This document shows, in pieces, positions 1 through 13,100 of a stretch of DNA of 64,000 bases. Made by a program: the position numbers and the translations under genes. Every line of letters starts with the position of its first letter. Position 1 is the stretch's first letter. The notes below the pieces were generated by a model. It did no database searches. It saw only the letters and a list, made by a program, of their open reading frames with translations, and was not told the DNA's origin. Source of the stretch: Antedon mediterranea (taxonomy: Eukaryota; Animalia; Echinodermata); contig NC_092678.1 in assembly GCF_964355755.1 (NCBI RefSeq), positions 11,530,352 through 11,594,351 on the forward strand, read 5' to 3'.

Positions 1-280
1 ATGACTCTGAACCATGTTTAAAATAGTTTTTGTGACATGACTCTGAACCATGTTTAAAATAGTTTTTATGACATGACTCTGAACCATGTTTAAAATAGTT
101 TTTGTGACATGACTCTGAACCATGTTTAAAACAGTTTTTGTGACATGACTGTGAACCATGTTTAAAATAGTTTTTGTGACATGACTCTGAACAATTTGTT
201 AAAATAGTTTTTGTGACATGACTGTGAACCATGTTTAAAATAGTTTTTGTTACATGACTCTGAACCATGTTTAAAACAGT
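1..280. repeat. 37-bp minisatellite
   Basis: ATGACTCTGAACCATGTTTAAAATAGTTTTTGTGAC-type unit, ~7.5 copies, continues off the window. Confidence 0.9.
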
Positions 281-453
281 TCGACAAGGTTCTGATGAAA
301 CTGTTACCTGTAAATAATGAAATATAATTCCACATTGCCCTCCCAAACTTCCGTTTGTAACAGTGCCTCATTTAACTTTACAGATTAATTTATTAAATTA
401 TTTCAAAACTTGTGTTTACTATAAACATTTAATGTTAATCATATTTTTTTTAG

Positions 454-501
454 GTTTCGTACTTCATTGCTTCCTACTATTTCATCTTCTAGTTGCCAAT
501 C
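454..501 (+). CDS. FANCD2: FANCD2 exon ([16 protein letters not shown])
   Basis: tttttag acceptor, gtaagt donor; phase joins next exon; resembles human FRNCLL. Confidence 0.7.
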
Positions 502-3500
502 GTAAGTCATCAAATGTTTATTCCAGTAATTATGGTTAGGCAATTAACTTTGAACTTAAGGCAAAATATTGTAATAATAATTCAGTAATAATATGCACTA
601 TTATATTAGGACTGAAGACAATAAAATAATCATGATGACGTAATTAGGTTATATGCATTACTACGTGCGTAGCGCATATAACGCTTGCGTACGCGCGCTT
701 AAAATGTTCAAAATTGTCAAAATTTATTTTCGATGAAATTAGAGTACGTTTCAAGCAATTTTAAGCGTTTAAAAAATTGCCATGAGTGCGCAGATTTTTG
801 CACGCGCACTGCGCGTTATACGTTAATGCGCACTCTTTTTGTCCGATTTCGGTTGTACAACCTTTCTTTAATAATATCATCATATTTTATTCACTTTTCA
901 ACGCGTAATTGCCTTATACGAGCACGTCAAAAGTGACAGGCTAAGCACGTGTAAGTTAACAAAATGGTGAAAATATGCTAAATTTTAAAATTAATATAGA
1001 TCGTCAGAATGCTCGGGAACACATATTTTTTATTTCATTTTCTTGAAGTGTATGTATCTTATGTATGATTTATTATTAAACTAAGGGAACAAAAGTTGAT
1101 TAAGCCATAATTAATTGCATATTAAAAAATTCATTTCGACAATCAAACAAATTATGACATTTTCTTAGGCCAAAATAACAAACTTAACATTAACTTTCTT
1201 CCTTCAAAAGTTCATATATTAAAGTTAAAAGTATATAGTTTGACAGTGCATCATTTTTGTACATTTTTAGAGATGTCATCATAGTAAAAAATTATAATTC
1301 ATTGCGGTATGTAATAATCTATCTGCACCAAAGTGGTTACTGCATAGTAAATACACAGAGGAATTTTTCTACAATTTTTAGTCAGTTGTGTATGGCTTGG
1401 TGGTGTGTGCTCGTGTCTATGGCACTCAAGGTACAGAGATCGAGTCTCACCTTGGGAAACGAAATAAGATTTTTTTTTTATTATCCGTTTTGTTTGTTCA
1501 AATTTATTTCTTAGTGTATATATTATACACATGATTTATAATGAAATCTAGATAAAAAATAACTTATGTCTTTATTATTATGTAACAGCAAATGTGGTTT
1601 ATGACATTATACGCAGAGGGATCTTTGATCGGATTGTGATACCGGCTATTGTATTCGCGTTAGCAAGGTCCTATCATATATTATAAATAATTAAAGAATC
1701 TGAGAAAATCAATGAATCAAAATATCTTTTAAAAATCAATTATCTTTATTTAAATCAATGCATATAACCTATAATTCGTCATAGTGACGAATTAAATCTA
1801 GTTTATTTATTCTTTCCTTAGCACTATTTTGTCCGTGAATTATCTTGGCATCAGTTTCATCTAGCTAAGTCAATTTTTCAGAGTATATTCCTTATGGCCA
1901 GGAATCGATGTGGTTATGTTTTCATGGTGCGCAATCAAACATTACGCAGTCTACGCGCGATTTAACGAAATCACGTTTGTAATCATATCTTCACAAGCAT
2001 GAATCACTTTTAAACAAAATTTGGTACTCACAAATTTCAGGTCATATTTCATCATATAGCAATACAATCACGTGCGTAGCGCATATAATGTATGCGTACG
2101 CACGCTTAAAATGTTCAAAATTGTCAGAATTTATTTTCGACGTTTCAGGCAATTTTAAGCGTTTAAAAAATTGCCATGAGTCCGCAGATTTTTGCACGCG
2201 CACTGCGCGTTAAACGTTGATTTGCACTGTTTTTGTCCGATTACTGTTGTATAACTTTTCTTTAATAATATCATCATATTTTATTCACTTTTCAACGCGA
2301 AACAGCGTTATACGAGCACGTGTAAGTTAACAAAATGGTGAAAATATGCTAAATTTTAAAATTAATATATATCGTTAGAATGCTCAGGAACACCAATTGT
2401 CTTGAAGTGTTTGTATCATATGTATGATTTATTATGAAATTAAGATAAAAACACAAATATGGTTTATGACATTATATACGCAGAAGGATCTTTGATCGGA
2501 TTATGATACCGGCTATTGTATTTGCGTTGGCAAGATGCTATCATATATTAATTATAAATAACTAAAGATTCTGAGAAAATCAATCAATCAATATATCTTA
2601 AATCAATCAATTATCTTTATTTAAATTAATGCATATAACCTATAATTCGTCATAGTGACGAATTAAATCTAGTTTAATTTTTTGATTTTGTATGACATTA
2701 GTGACATTAATCATTTTGTTCCATTCAATGGTACATCTCAATACAATGGCCAGTAATTAATCATTTTGTTCCATTCAATGGTACAACTCAATACAATGGC
2801 CAGTAATCAATCATTTTGTTCCATTCAATGGTACAACTCAATGCAATGGCCAGTAATTAATCATTTTGTTCCATTCAATGGTACAACTCAATACAATGGC
2901 CAGTAATTAATCATTTTGTTCCATTCAATTGTACAACTCAATACAATGGCCAGTAATTAATCATTTTGTTCCATGGTATATAAAGTTGGTTCGTACTTTC
3001 GGTACTGATTTTAACCATCTGATGTAACCATGTTTACTAATTAAATTGAGTTAGATAATTAGTTATTGACAATTAAAACGAATTTAGGTTCAACGATTTG
3101 CCCCAAATAGGGGTGTTTCGTGGTCGTGGTATACACTGACTAATGGATGTCCAACTTGAAAAATACCCGCAGACAATAATGCGAGGATGCTTCGCATTTT
3201 CCTATCTCCTCCTACGATAATTGTTTTTAATAGCTGAAAACCGGTTGAACAGCTCGAGTACAGCATCATAATGTTGAAGACAGGCCGATTTTCTTTAAAA
3301 AATACTATTTTGATAGATTTAATATACGTTTATACAAATGTTTTGATCTGCGATAAATGGAACATTCCAGTCTCTGTTCCACAAGTGTCTATTCCCTCAG
3401 GCGTCGTAAAGACAAGTACAGTCATAACAGAAATTCGATCCATTTTTTTCCAATCTGTGGAATCTTTTTTTTTAACGCATAATGAGCTAGCCTTTCCAGT

Positions 3501-6500
3501 CGCCGTCTATTATGTACAATCAACTTTATTATTGCAGTTAAACCACCACCAACACACCACCCTCCCCTCACTGGCATGAGTAGCGTTGTAAAGTCAGTAG
3601 AGGACAGGTCTACAGTACGAAGGATCACATGCCCTAAACGCAGAACAACTTTGGTGGTTAGGAAACAACTTAAGTATGAATTGGCTCTAAGAAACAATTG
3701 ACCATTAGACCTACTAATTAAGTTGAGTTAGATAATTATTTATTGACGATTAAAGCGAATTTACGATTTGCCCCGAATAGAGGTGTTTACTTTATTACTG
3801 ACAGTTCCTTCTAAACGTTTGTATTAATAATGTAAAAAAATATAAACGTCGTATTAGTGATGTATCGTTACATGTACTGTACTATTTCAATTGACTATGA
3901 TGGTGACAGTTTCAACAAAGTATTAAATCGCAATGTTTTACTGTGTTTAGTGGTATATTATTTGTAAAACATGAAAACAATTAATATTTCGTTACTAAAT
4001 CGATAAAGAATATATTTAAAAATTGTTCGTCTTTGCACCCATCCTCTTCCCCATCCCTCAACCCTAATGTTAGGCCTACATACAAAACACAAATTCAGTT
4101 TGTTTCTTATTTTATGACAAGTATCTTTTTCGGAAGTAATTCCCAGGGTGCTAATTTTAGTTGAGTACATAAATCACCATGTCTATTTATTCGTTCCTGT
4201 AAACGACATATATTATTGTCCTGCATGTACATTTGAAGTCACCAGTTTTTTTAACGCTGAAATTATTATGTATTCGAGAACCATCTGTAGACACGACCTA
4301 GATGGTACGCGAACGAAGCGAGCGTACCATCTAGTGGTTAGTAATTAATCATTTTGTTCCATTCAATAGTACAACTCAATACAATGGTTAGTAATTAATC
4401 ATTTTGTTCCATTCAATAGTACAACTCAATACAATGGTTAGTAATTAATCATTTTGTTCCATTCAATGGTACAACTCAATACAATGGCCAATAATTAATC
4501 ATTTTGTTCCATTCAATGGTACAACTCAATACAATGGTTAGTAATTAATCATTTTGTTCCATTCAATGGTACAACCCAATACAATGGTTAGTAATTAATC
4601 ATTTTTTTCCATTCAATGGTACAACTCAATACAATGGCCAGTAATTAATCATTTTGTTCCATTCAATGGTACAACTCAATACAATGGCCAGTAATTAATC
4701 ATTTTGTTCCATTCAATGGTACAACTCAATACAATGGTTAGTAATTAATCATTTTGTTCCATTCAATGGTACAACTCAATACAATGGCCAGTAATCTATA
4801 CATTGTGGTGTCTATTGCTCTGTATCCAAAATGTGAGCACCACCTTTTTTTCATGTCCTTGAAGTGGCACGTTTTAAATTGGTATAAAAAAAAAACTTTA
4901 GGATGATATATTAAGTTATAACCATATTTTAATTTTTTTTTTTAATTTAATGGAAATCTTTACATTTTTTATTATGTATAGAATTCGATGTGGTAATCAA
5001 GAAAGTCTTATACATTTATTGCTTGGTGTTGATTCTATTCAGGTAAAACCTATGTAATAATATATTATTGAGGCTTTTCACATAAAGTTTGGTTCAAACT
5101 TATTAGACAAATTTGACCAATCACAGTGCAATGGATCATCTTAACTCTTGCATCTGATTGGTCAACTCACTTGCAAGTGGGAACCAGCTTTAATGTTAAC
5201 AGTGTTTACAATAAGTGCATCTCATTAAGGTACTTCAAATGAACACTCGGTATTAGTTGAACAAGGACTATTTAATATTTTACAACTGACTGTATTGAGT
5301 AATACATCTAAATTTAGACCCACCTAAATTTATGTTCCCCTTTTTGAAACATCATAAACTATTCACATGTACAAAAATTAGAACAAAATGTAACAATTTG
5401 TGAGCTTTGTATGAACATGTAAAAACATTTTTGTGTTACATCAATGTAAAGTTTCGGAACAAGTAAGATTACATAAAAGTAACACAGCGATACCTGTGTC
5501 GTACCCACATATCTTTTTACACTGTGATTACATTACAGTGTATGAAGGCATTGTAACTTGGTTACATGAGACATCCATGTAACAATTAGTTACATTTTTT
5601 ACATTTTGGTTGAATCTGGTATCTTCAACATTTCACCACATGAAATCATAAGCTTTCTTGCAGGCTCTACATACCTAAAAGAGCATAATTATAGTCAAAA
5701 TAATATCAGTAGGTAAACACTTGTCACATATTGGAATAACATGCTACTGAAGGTATCAGTAGGTAAACACTTGTCACATATTGCAATAACATGCTACTGA
5801 AGGTATCAGTAGGTAAACACTTTTCACATATTGGAATAACATGCTACTGAAGGTTTTGTAGAATGTCTTGTGTCCCTCAGCCAAATCTACATAACATTCA
5901 TTAGAATGGAGTTGTTATTACATTTTTCTTTTTTTATTAGAAACAACTAGTGACAATACTTTTAGAAAAGTTACCAGAATTGGAGGAGGATGATAGGTAA
6001 TTTATAATTATTATTAAATAGTGCTTTTTAAAAAAGACTGTTGAACAAGTATATTACTTACATTGTTGTGAATGTGATTTACTTATTATTTTTATATCCT
6101 TTACTTCTGATTAATAGTAACATTGGAATGCTTGTTTTAAACCAGTTCCGATGGTTAGACAAAGTAGTTGATAGTAAGGTAAGTTTAACTAGGAAAATAA
6201 TTTTGTTTCAGGTCGATTTTAAATCAATGCATTTCCCTTTATGCCAATGCCAGTCTGCTTTTAAGTTATTTCTGGATCAAATTAGGTGTCATCGAAAAAT
6301 TATTCCAATCCACAGAGACACGTCTCATTGACGGTCTTTCTAATTACCAAACTTCATGAATATTAATGAGATACACGTCCACACAACGCGGAACGGTCTA
6401 GCACTGGAAGTACGTCGACGCATGCCTCTCCATTCAGAATAATAATCTTCTATTTTTGGAATATACATACCACATTTCTTTTTGTTATACTGTATTTATA

Positions 6501-7104
6501 TATGTAGCCTATGCAAGTACTATTTCAATCAAATAATGTTTTGGCCAGACTCGTCAAATCGCTAGCCTCTCGGCCTAGGGATTTATAATAGTGAAGAATT
6601 ATGGAAAAGTAAAATGCAATTTATCACTACAAGCACAGAAACGCACTCATACTGTTTGAGAGCGAAATACACGTGATATACACAGTAGGCTATCTTTTCA
6701 AGCTTGAGCGGGAATTTAGAGGTATTTTTATTTTGTAAACAATGCTGTGAACAAATATATTAGTGTATTGAAAGTAGTGCTGTAGTCGAACAAGAACGAA
6801 ATACGATACGATCCTATCGGCATCCCTTTTTATTAGACGATTAACTGAACATAGGCCTAGTCTAGTTCTTACTTTATTTATTAGAATAGAAGTGTAGCTT
6901 GTTCTCCGATGGAACAGTGTTCCTTCAATTACTGCATTTTGCCGGGGTTTCCCATTAATCATCTCAAATTGTAATTGTGGTTAGTCTAATTGTATGTATC
7001 TCCACATGTCATTTCTGTACGCCAGTAATTAAAACCAAATTTGTCTAAAATTACAGACTTTTTAGTGCTTGCAAACTTTTATATATACACTTTAATATCA
7101 AAAC

Positions 7105-7142
<38 letters not shown>

Positions 7143-10100
7143 TTCATACTTATCCAAATGTACTACAAACAACCTGGTTTTTGCCTCGGTTTTGGCCGAC
7201 CTCAGTGTTTTGGCTATCCGTTTAAAGTAGGACCACCGCGACTGTAAAGATGTTGTCACCATTATAAATATTTCATTTTAAAAAAATTCCAAAGCGAGTA
7301 CTTGCCGTCTATTCTATGTAGTTGAGTCTAATGTTATTGAGTCTAATGTTGTTGAGTCTAATGTTGTTGAGAATAATTTGTCGATGACGCCTTAACCAAT
7401 TATAGAATCCTGATGTGAAAGGCCTATCTGGACGAACACCAAAGCCCCATGTAATTGATGCAGGCGGCAATTATATTTTGCCACAGAGATTTAAAAATGT
7501 AAAAAACATGATATATCCAATTACATCAGCCCTGTAGGCGTAATTAATCGCATTTAAACAATCAGTTGTTCACAATTTGAACAACAGGTTGTCTAGTGTC
7601 ATTGGTGACCATATTTATTGTTTACTCTCCAGATGTTAGTGAAAAAAGTCTTTGAAATTCTACAAGTTGTATCACCTAACTTTCAAAGCCACTTGATACT
7701 TACATTGCCAGAAATCATTGAAGATTATCAGAATGAGGAAGTTGCTAGATACTTACAGTAAGTATAATTTGTCAGACAATGCTGAAGCTGCTATTCTAAT
7801 GAAGTACTGTATAATTTTTAAAATATTTAGAAAAATAATGTCATTTTCCATTCAAAGCATTGTTGATAGCTGTAACAGTATTATAAGATTGACTGGTCTG
7901 TTTATTTATTTTGCTTTTTTTAAACCTTTTTAGAGAGCTATTGGTTGAAAACCATCAGTTGGCCATTCCTATCATCGATGCTTTGTCAAACATGCAGTTG
8001 GATGCAGATCAAGTACAAGAGGTTGTAGTTACATAGAAATCAAGAAAATTATTATGAATAGATTATGAGATGAGTCATTATACCCCTAATTTGAGTGAGT
8101 GAGTGGCCGAGCGGTTAAGACAGTGGAACCGTAATCACGTAGCCATAACATCGGCAGGGGTTCGAGGCTCACTCACTCCATGGTTCTGGTGGTAGAACGA
8201 GTCTTCTCGGATAAGGACTATAAACCGTAGGTCCAGTGTACACAACTTGCTCGTGTGCACTTTAAAGAACCTAGTACATCTTTCGAGACGAGTAGGGGGT
8301 TACCCCGGTGTATTAGTACATCACAGCCACTGATCACCAACTGGGCCCTCTGGGAGACCAGTCTTTGACTGAAGAGATCACCCAGTATAAAGATAAAACA
8401 AACAAACAAACAATTTGAAAACCAACTGAAGACAATATTTACAAAGAATACATATAAGAATAATCAATCGACAATGTTTACATTATATGAACACATAGAA
8501 CATGTATGAGGTGAAATATTGACTGTTACATTTAACGAGGTGAAGCTCAGTGGAAGTCAAGTCAATCTTTCAACAAATCAAATATTCTCTTCTTTTAACA
8601 AATAAAAAACATTCCTTATTTGTTTTATAACACACATACATACTATGAATTATTTCAACAACATAGACCTAGCCTACCCTCTATATCCTACCCACTTTAG
8701 GTTAAGTAGAATATATTGAATCGCATGTATCGATTGTAAAAAATGCACTACATCTATTATATATGCAGTATATACATCATGACATACATGGTGCCCTACT
8801 CCATAGGAAAGCACTACTTTTGTCTTGTGAAATGTTATAGTTTCAGCCTTCCGTCCATTTGTGGCATTGTCTGTCTTTTTTTTTACAATAAAAAATATAC
8901 CATGTAAAAATTATATTAGATTATAAAAAATGTAAAGATGGAAATTATTTATTGAATGATTCTTTAAAATTATTGATGCACATGTAATAATGAGTGAACC
9001 TGTAATAAATTAGTTTTATAATATCTTATCTATATTATATTTCTATATTGTTTTCAGGCCCAGAATGCTGCCATAAATATTTTAGAATCTGCATCTACTG
9101 ACAGTTTAGCTGTGATTGTTAGATTTATACTATTATCAGTTGCATCCAATACTGAATTCAATGTAAGTTATTTGTGTATTATTTTGCAGTGTTATCTCTA
9201 AATTTATTCATTTTAGTTGCATTTTGTAATGTATTTTTTTGTGCTATATCAAAATACATATTATTATGTTATGTTATATTACAGGTTATTAGTTCACTAC
9301 GATCACACCTTGACTTGCAATTCAACATGGTTCCAATGATTTCATCAACACCAGCAAGAAAATTAACAGAAGGGTACAGTTGTAATTTTTTAGAACACTT
9401 GATATTTTGTACACTTTTTTCTTTTTAAAATTAATTATTTGGCAGAACCTGTTGTTGCTGTACTACAGGTATATAAGAAAGATCTAATTTAACTTTAAAA
9501 TTTAGGTTGGTTTGTGTATATACTTCATAGTTACAGTAGTCTGTATTACCGTAGTAGTTTCACTATTATATCAATTGTATTAATAATACACTTTTGTGAC
9601 AAACAGTTCTTTTCTCTTTTATTTGCAGAAATAAAAAACATGAGAACAGTGATGGGTTTCTTATCTTGGATACTATCCATAGAGTGTTAAGGTTTAATGC
9701 TGTTGTGGCTAATGGCTTCCTAAAAGTGAGTAAAATGAGAATCTGGAATTTATGAACTTGCGGCAAAAACGTCATACATAATGAACAGGTAGCTAGTGAC
9801 AACCCGTCCAGGCGCGTCAATAGCCTTTCCACACTGTGTGTTGATTTTTTTATGATTTTTTGTGCTTTATTTTACAAATAATTTTATTTGTGACAGGTCA
9901 TAAAACATGTGTTTGTCGATGCCTAGTGCCTGTAACATAACACCCTTTAATTTGTTTTCCAATTTAATCTCAAATAATGTTTCAAAATATTACAGTTTAT
10001 ATATTATTATTATATATTGCACTGTTGTCCCATTCACAGTAGAAACAAGGTTATGCTCAGATTCACGTTTTAGTGATACAATATCCATATTATAGAATGT

Positions 10101-13100
10101 GTTTTCTAATATAATAATATAATATATATTATAAAATATGATGAAGGGCTAGTGTTGCCCGAAAGCTCTGCTAACTTTTCTGCCGTTTTTACTTCTCGTT
10201 TTGATTCTCCATTGAGATCCAGCCACTGATACCCACAGCATTGTCATTTTTTCAGTAATTTGCCTTTAAGTTTATAAAATAATATTATATATAAACGTAA
10301 TATTTGTTATTTAATGTAATGCCGTTATTCAGTGTCAAAAGATTGAAAACAAGGTATTATAACTAAATCTTTATACCATCACAGGCAATTGGAGATGTTG
10401 ACAGCGCAGATGGACATATGGTACAGTTTACATTTCTACTTTATAAAACGTGTTCAAGAACTTGTGAACAAAAAGTATATGAATATATATATATATCATT
10501 GAAAATAATTAATATTAAATCTTGCTACTTAATTCCTTTTTTAAATATTGTGTAATGTAAATTTCCTAATATATTTTTCTCATAATTAATGTTAATGTTG
10601 GTGATTGATATTTTGTATCATAGGTTTTAGATGTGTATGTGATTTTGATGTTATATTCCAATGTGAATTACAAGAAGTTGGTACTTACCATGTTAAGTAA
10701 CAAAATACGTAATGGTTTAATTACTATTGCTCTACTGCAAACTGCATTGATTTCCTACCCACAAGTGAGTAGTATCAAATTTTCTGCCAACATAAAATGC
10801 TAAACTTTGCATCACAATAAAATGTTTTCAAAATTGGATAAAATTAATTGGTTCCATATTGTTATTACTATCAATTCTAGCCAAAGATAAAACAGGTCTC
10901 CCTCTGATCAAAGACTGCTTTTGTGACCCAGGTTTTAGTGGTCTTTGGTCTCTAATTAGAATCCCTCTAACTAAAGACCGGCACTGGAAAGTGGTATTTA
11001 AATTACACTATTTAGAGGGAAATTAAATGTCAGAATTGTTATCTTACTCCTAGACATTTAAGTGTAAAAATATGATGAACCTAGAACAGATTTGTAGTTT
11101 AGTACATGGTATGCAGAACTAATAAAAAATATTTCAAGGTCATAAAATATGGTTGAAAAGGCTAGGTCACTGAGTTCGTGGATTTTGTAGTAAACAAAAG
11201 CTATACATGCTAGACGATAACAATCTTTAATCACATTATTCACATGTTTAGTTGGATGAGAAGGAAATAAAACATAGCTTCTCATAGAATAATAGGTAAA
11301 TAGGTAGTCACTCAAAAGAATGTTTTCATAAAAATGATCTGTTAATGACAGAAATGACATTCCTGCTTAGTAACATTCACGCTGTTTAATCGTGGTCAAG
11401 GACAATGGAGTCTGGTATCATTATTGTAACATTTATCTTGTCTTATTAACGTGTTATCTGCCATAGCCTATATTTATCATCTAACTTAATTCTAACTTTA
11501 AGCCAATCACAATTTAGCTAATTGTTAATGTACTAATTTCACATTTAACATAAACTGTACTACTATTTTTTTTATAGGTTTTTAAAGATCACATTGGTTG
11601 TATTGTCAGTTTGGCTGAATACATGATAAAATGCAAAGATAACTCAATGTGCTTGTTTGCTACAAACATGCTGCAATTGTCATTCATCTCACTTGATATG
11701 TTTTGTAGACAGGTAAGTACTAACATACAGTATTTGACCCTTTCAATCAGACATAAAGGCCGGTAGCCCTTGGAGTCCTGAGTACAAAAGTGCATATAAA
11801 AAATAAAATATAAAAGTAACCGTATATACAGTATGATGACAATTTAAAATGGACCTAAAATGGATTAATTGGAAATATATTCATATCCCTCCAATAGACA
11901 ATTTGTAGTTTTTTGGCTATAGTTTTTGAAATCTACGGAGTATTTAAAAAAAAATTGCTTGTGCTTTTGAAAAAGCCTATTTAGAATTTTTTAAATAAAA
12001 TTATTACCGTATAAATGATTATTCATCAAGTAAATGATGATTTAAAATCTCAAAATCAATGGGTTTTTTCCTGGAAATACAGTACCGACAGCCTGGCAAC
12101 GTTTTCCGAGATACAGAGTGCATATGCAGCGATGCATATCCATATTTTTCTGTTCATGTGTATTTGTTTATTGTTTGTAATTTATACTTCTAAAATGTGT
12201 TTTTAGTATAGAAGAATTAGATAGTAATATAAGCTGATAATTTATTTGTCATGAATCGGGAAGTTTGAAGAAGAATTTTATTCATATTTTACTTTGGCTA
12301 GACAATGAGCAGCAAGTTGAAATGGCTTAGGCTTTGTGAAACAGAGCCTGGCATGGGTGATGGATTGACGGCTGGATAAACTCAGGGACCTAGTATACAA
12401 ATAGTTACTGGGCTAAGGGGGCACGGTAAAAAATATAGCCCTCAGTGATCTGTACTAAATTACTTTTTACCATGCCTCGATGTTTGTGAAAAAGATGCTA
12501 TATACAAACCTTTAATTTAATCAATAAAGTGTCCTGCAAAAACCCAAGTGAAAGCAGAAATCACCCAGTTATAATAACAGTCGGGATACTTGGAACACCA
12601 TTGAAATCACATTAGGCATTAGGATTTTGCAGTCTTTTTCCTTTTAAAATATTTTAAACAGGAGTACATAATTGTTTTATCTTTTGATTTGTGCTCAACC
12701 ATGATAATGATAGAAATGCTTTGATGCTACAACCATTATACTACTTTTCTTTCATCATTAATGTTGTACTGAAGGAGGTGATTGGCTTGCTTGTTAGTCA
12801 TGTGGGTAGTGGTGTACCTGAAATGTCTGATACTTGCCTTAACATTTTAAAAAATCTTGTTGAAGAAAATGTTGAGAGCGTTGAACCATTCTCAGCTTTT
12901 ATAAAGGTGGGTTCTTTTTAGGTTTTCTTAAAATCTGTAAATCTTATAGTAGTTTCAATAATTACATTGGATTAAGTTACGAATTAAAACAGTAGAATTA
13001 AAGAAAATCCTCCGCATATCTTACTTACTACTTATATACTATGTATATCTTACTTACTACTTATATACTATGTATATCTTACTACTTATATACTATGTAT

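Noticed and set aside
6210-7500. Possible old TIR element (AGGTGTCATCGAAAAATTATTC / GAATAATTTGTCGATGACGCCT)
   Set aside because: Inverted similarity is visible but ends and TSD could not be defined
8095-8182. tRNA gene
   Set aside because: Irregular anticodon/variable region and continuation into a SINE body and tail
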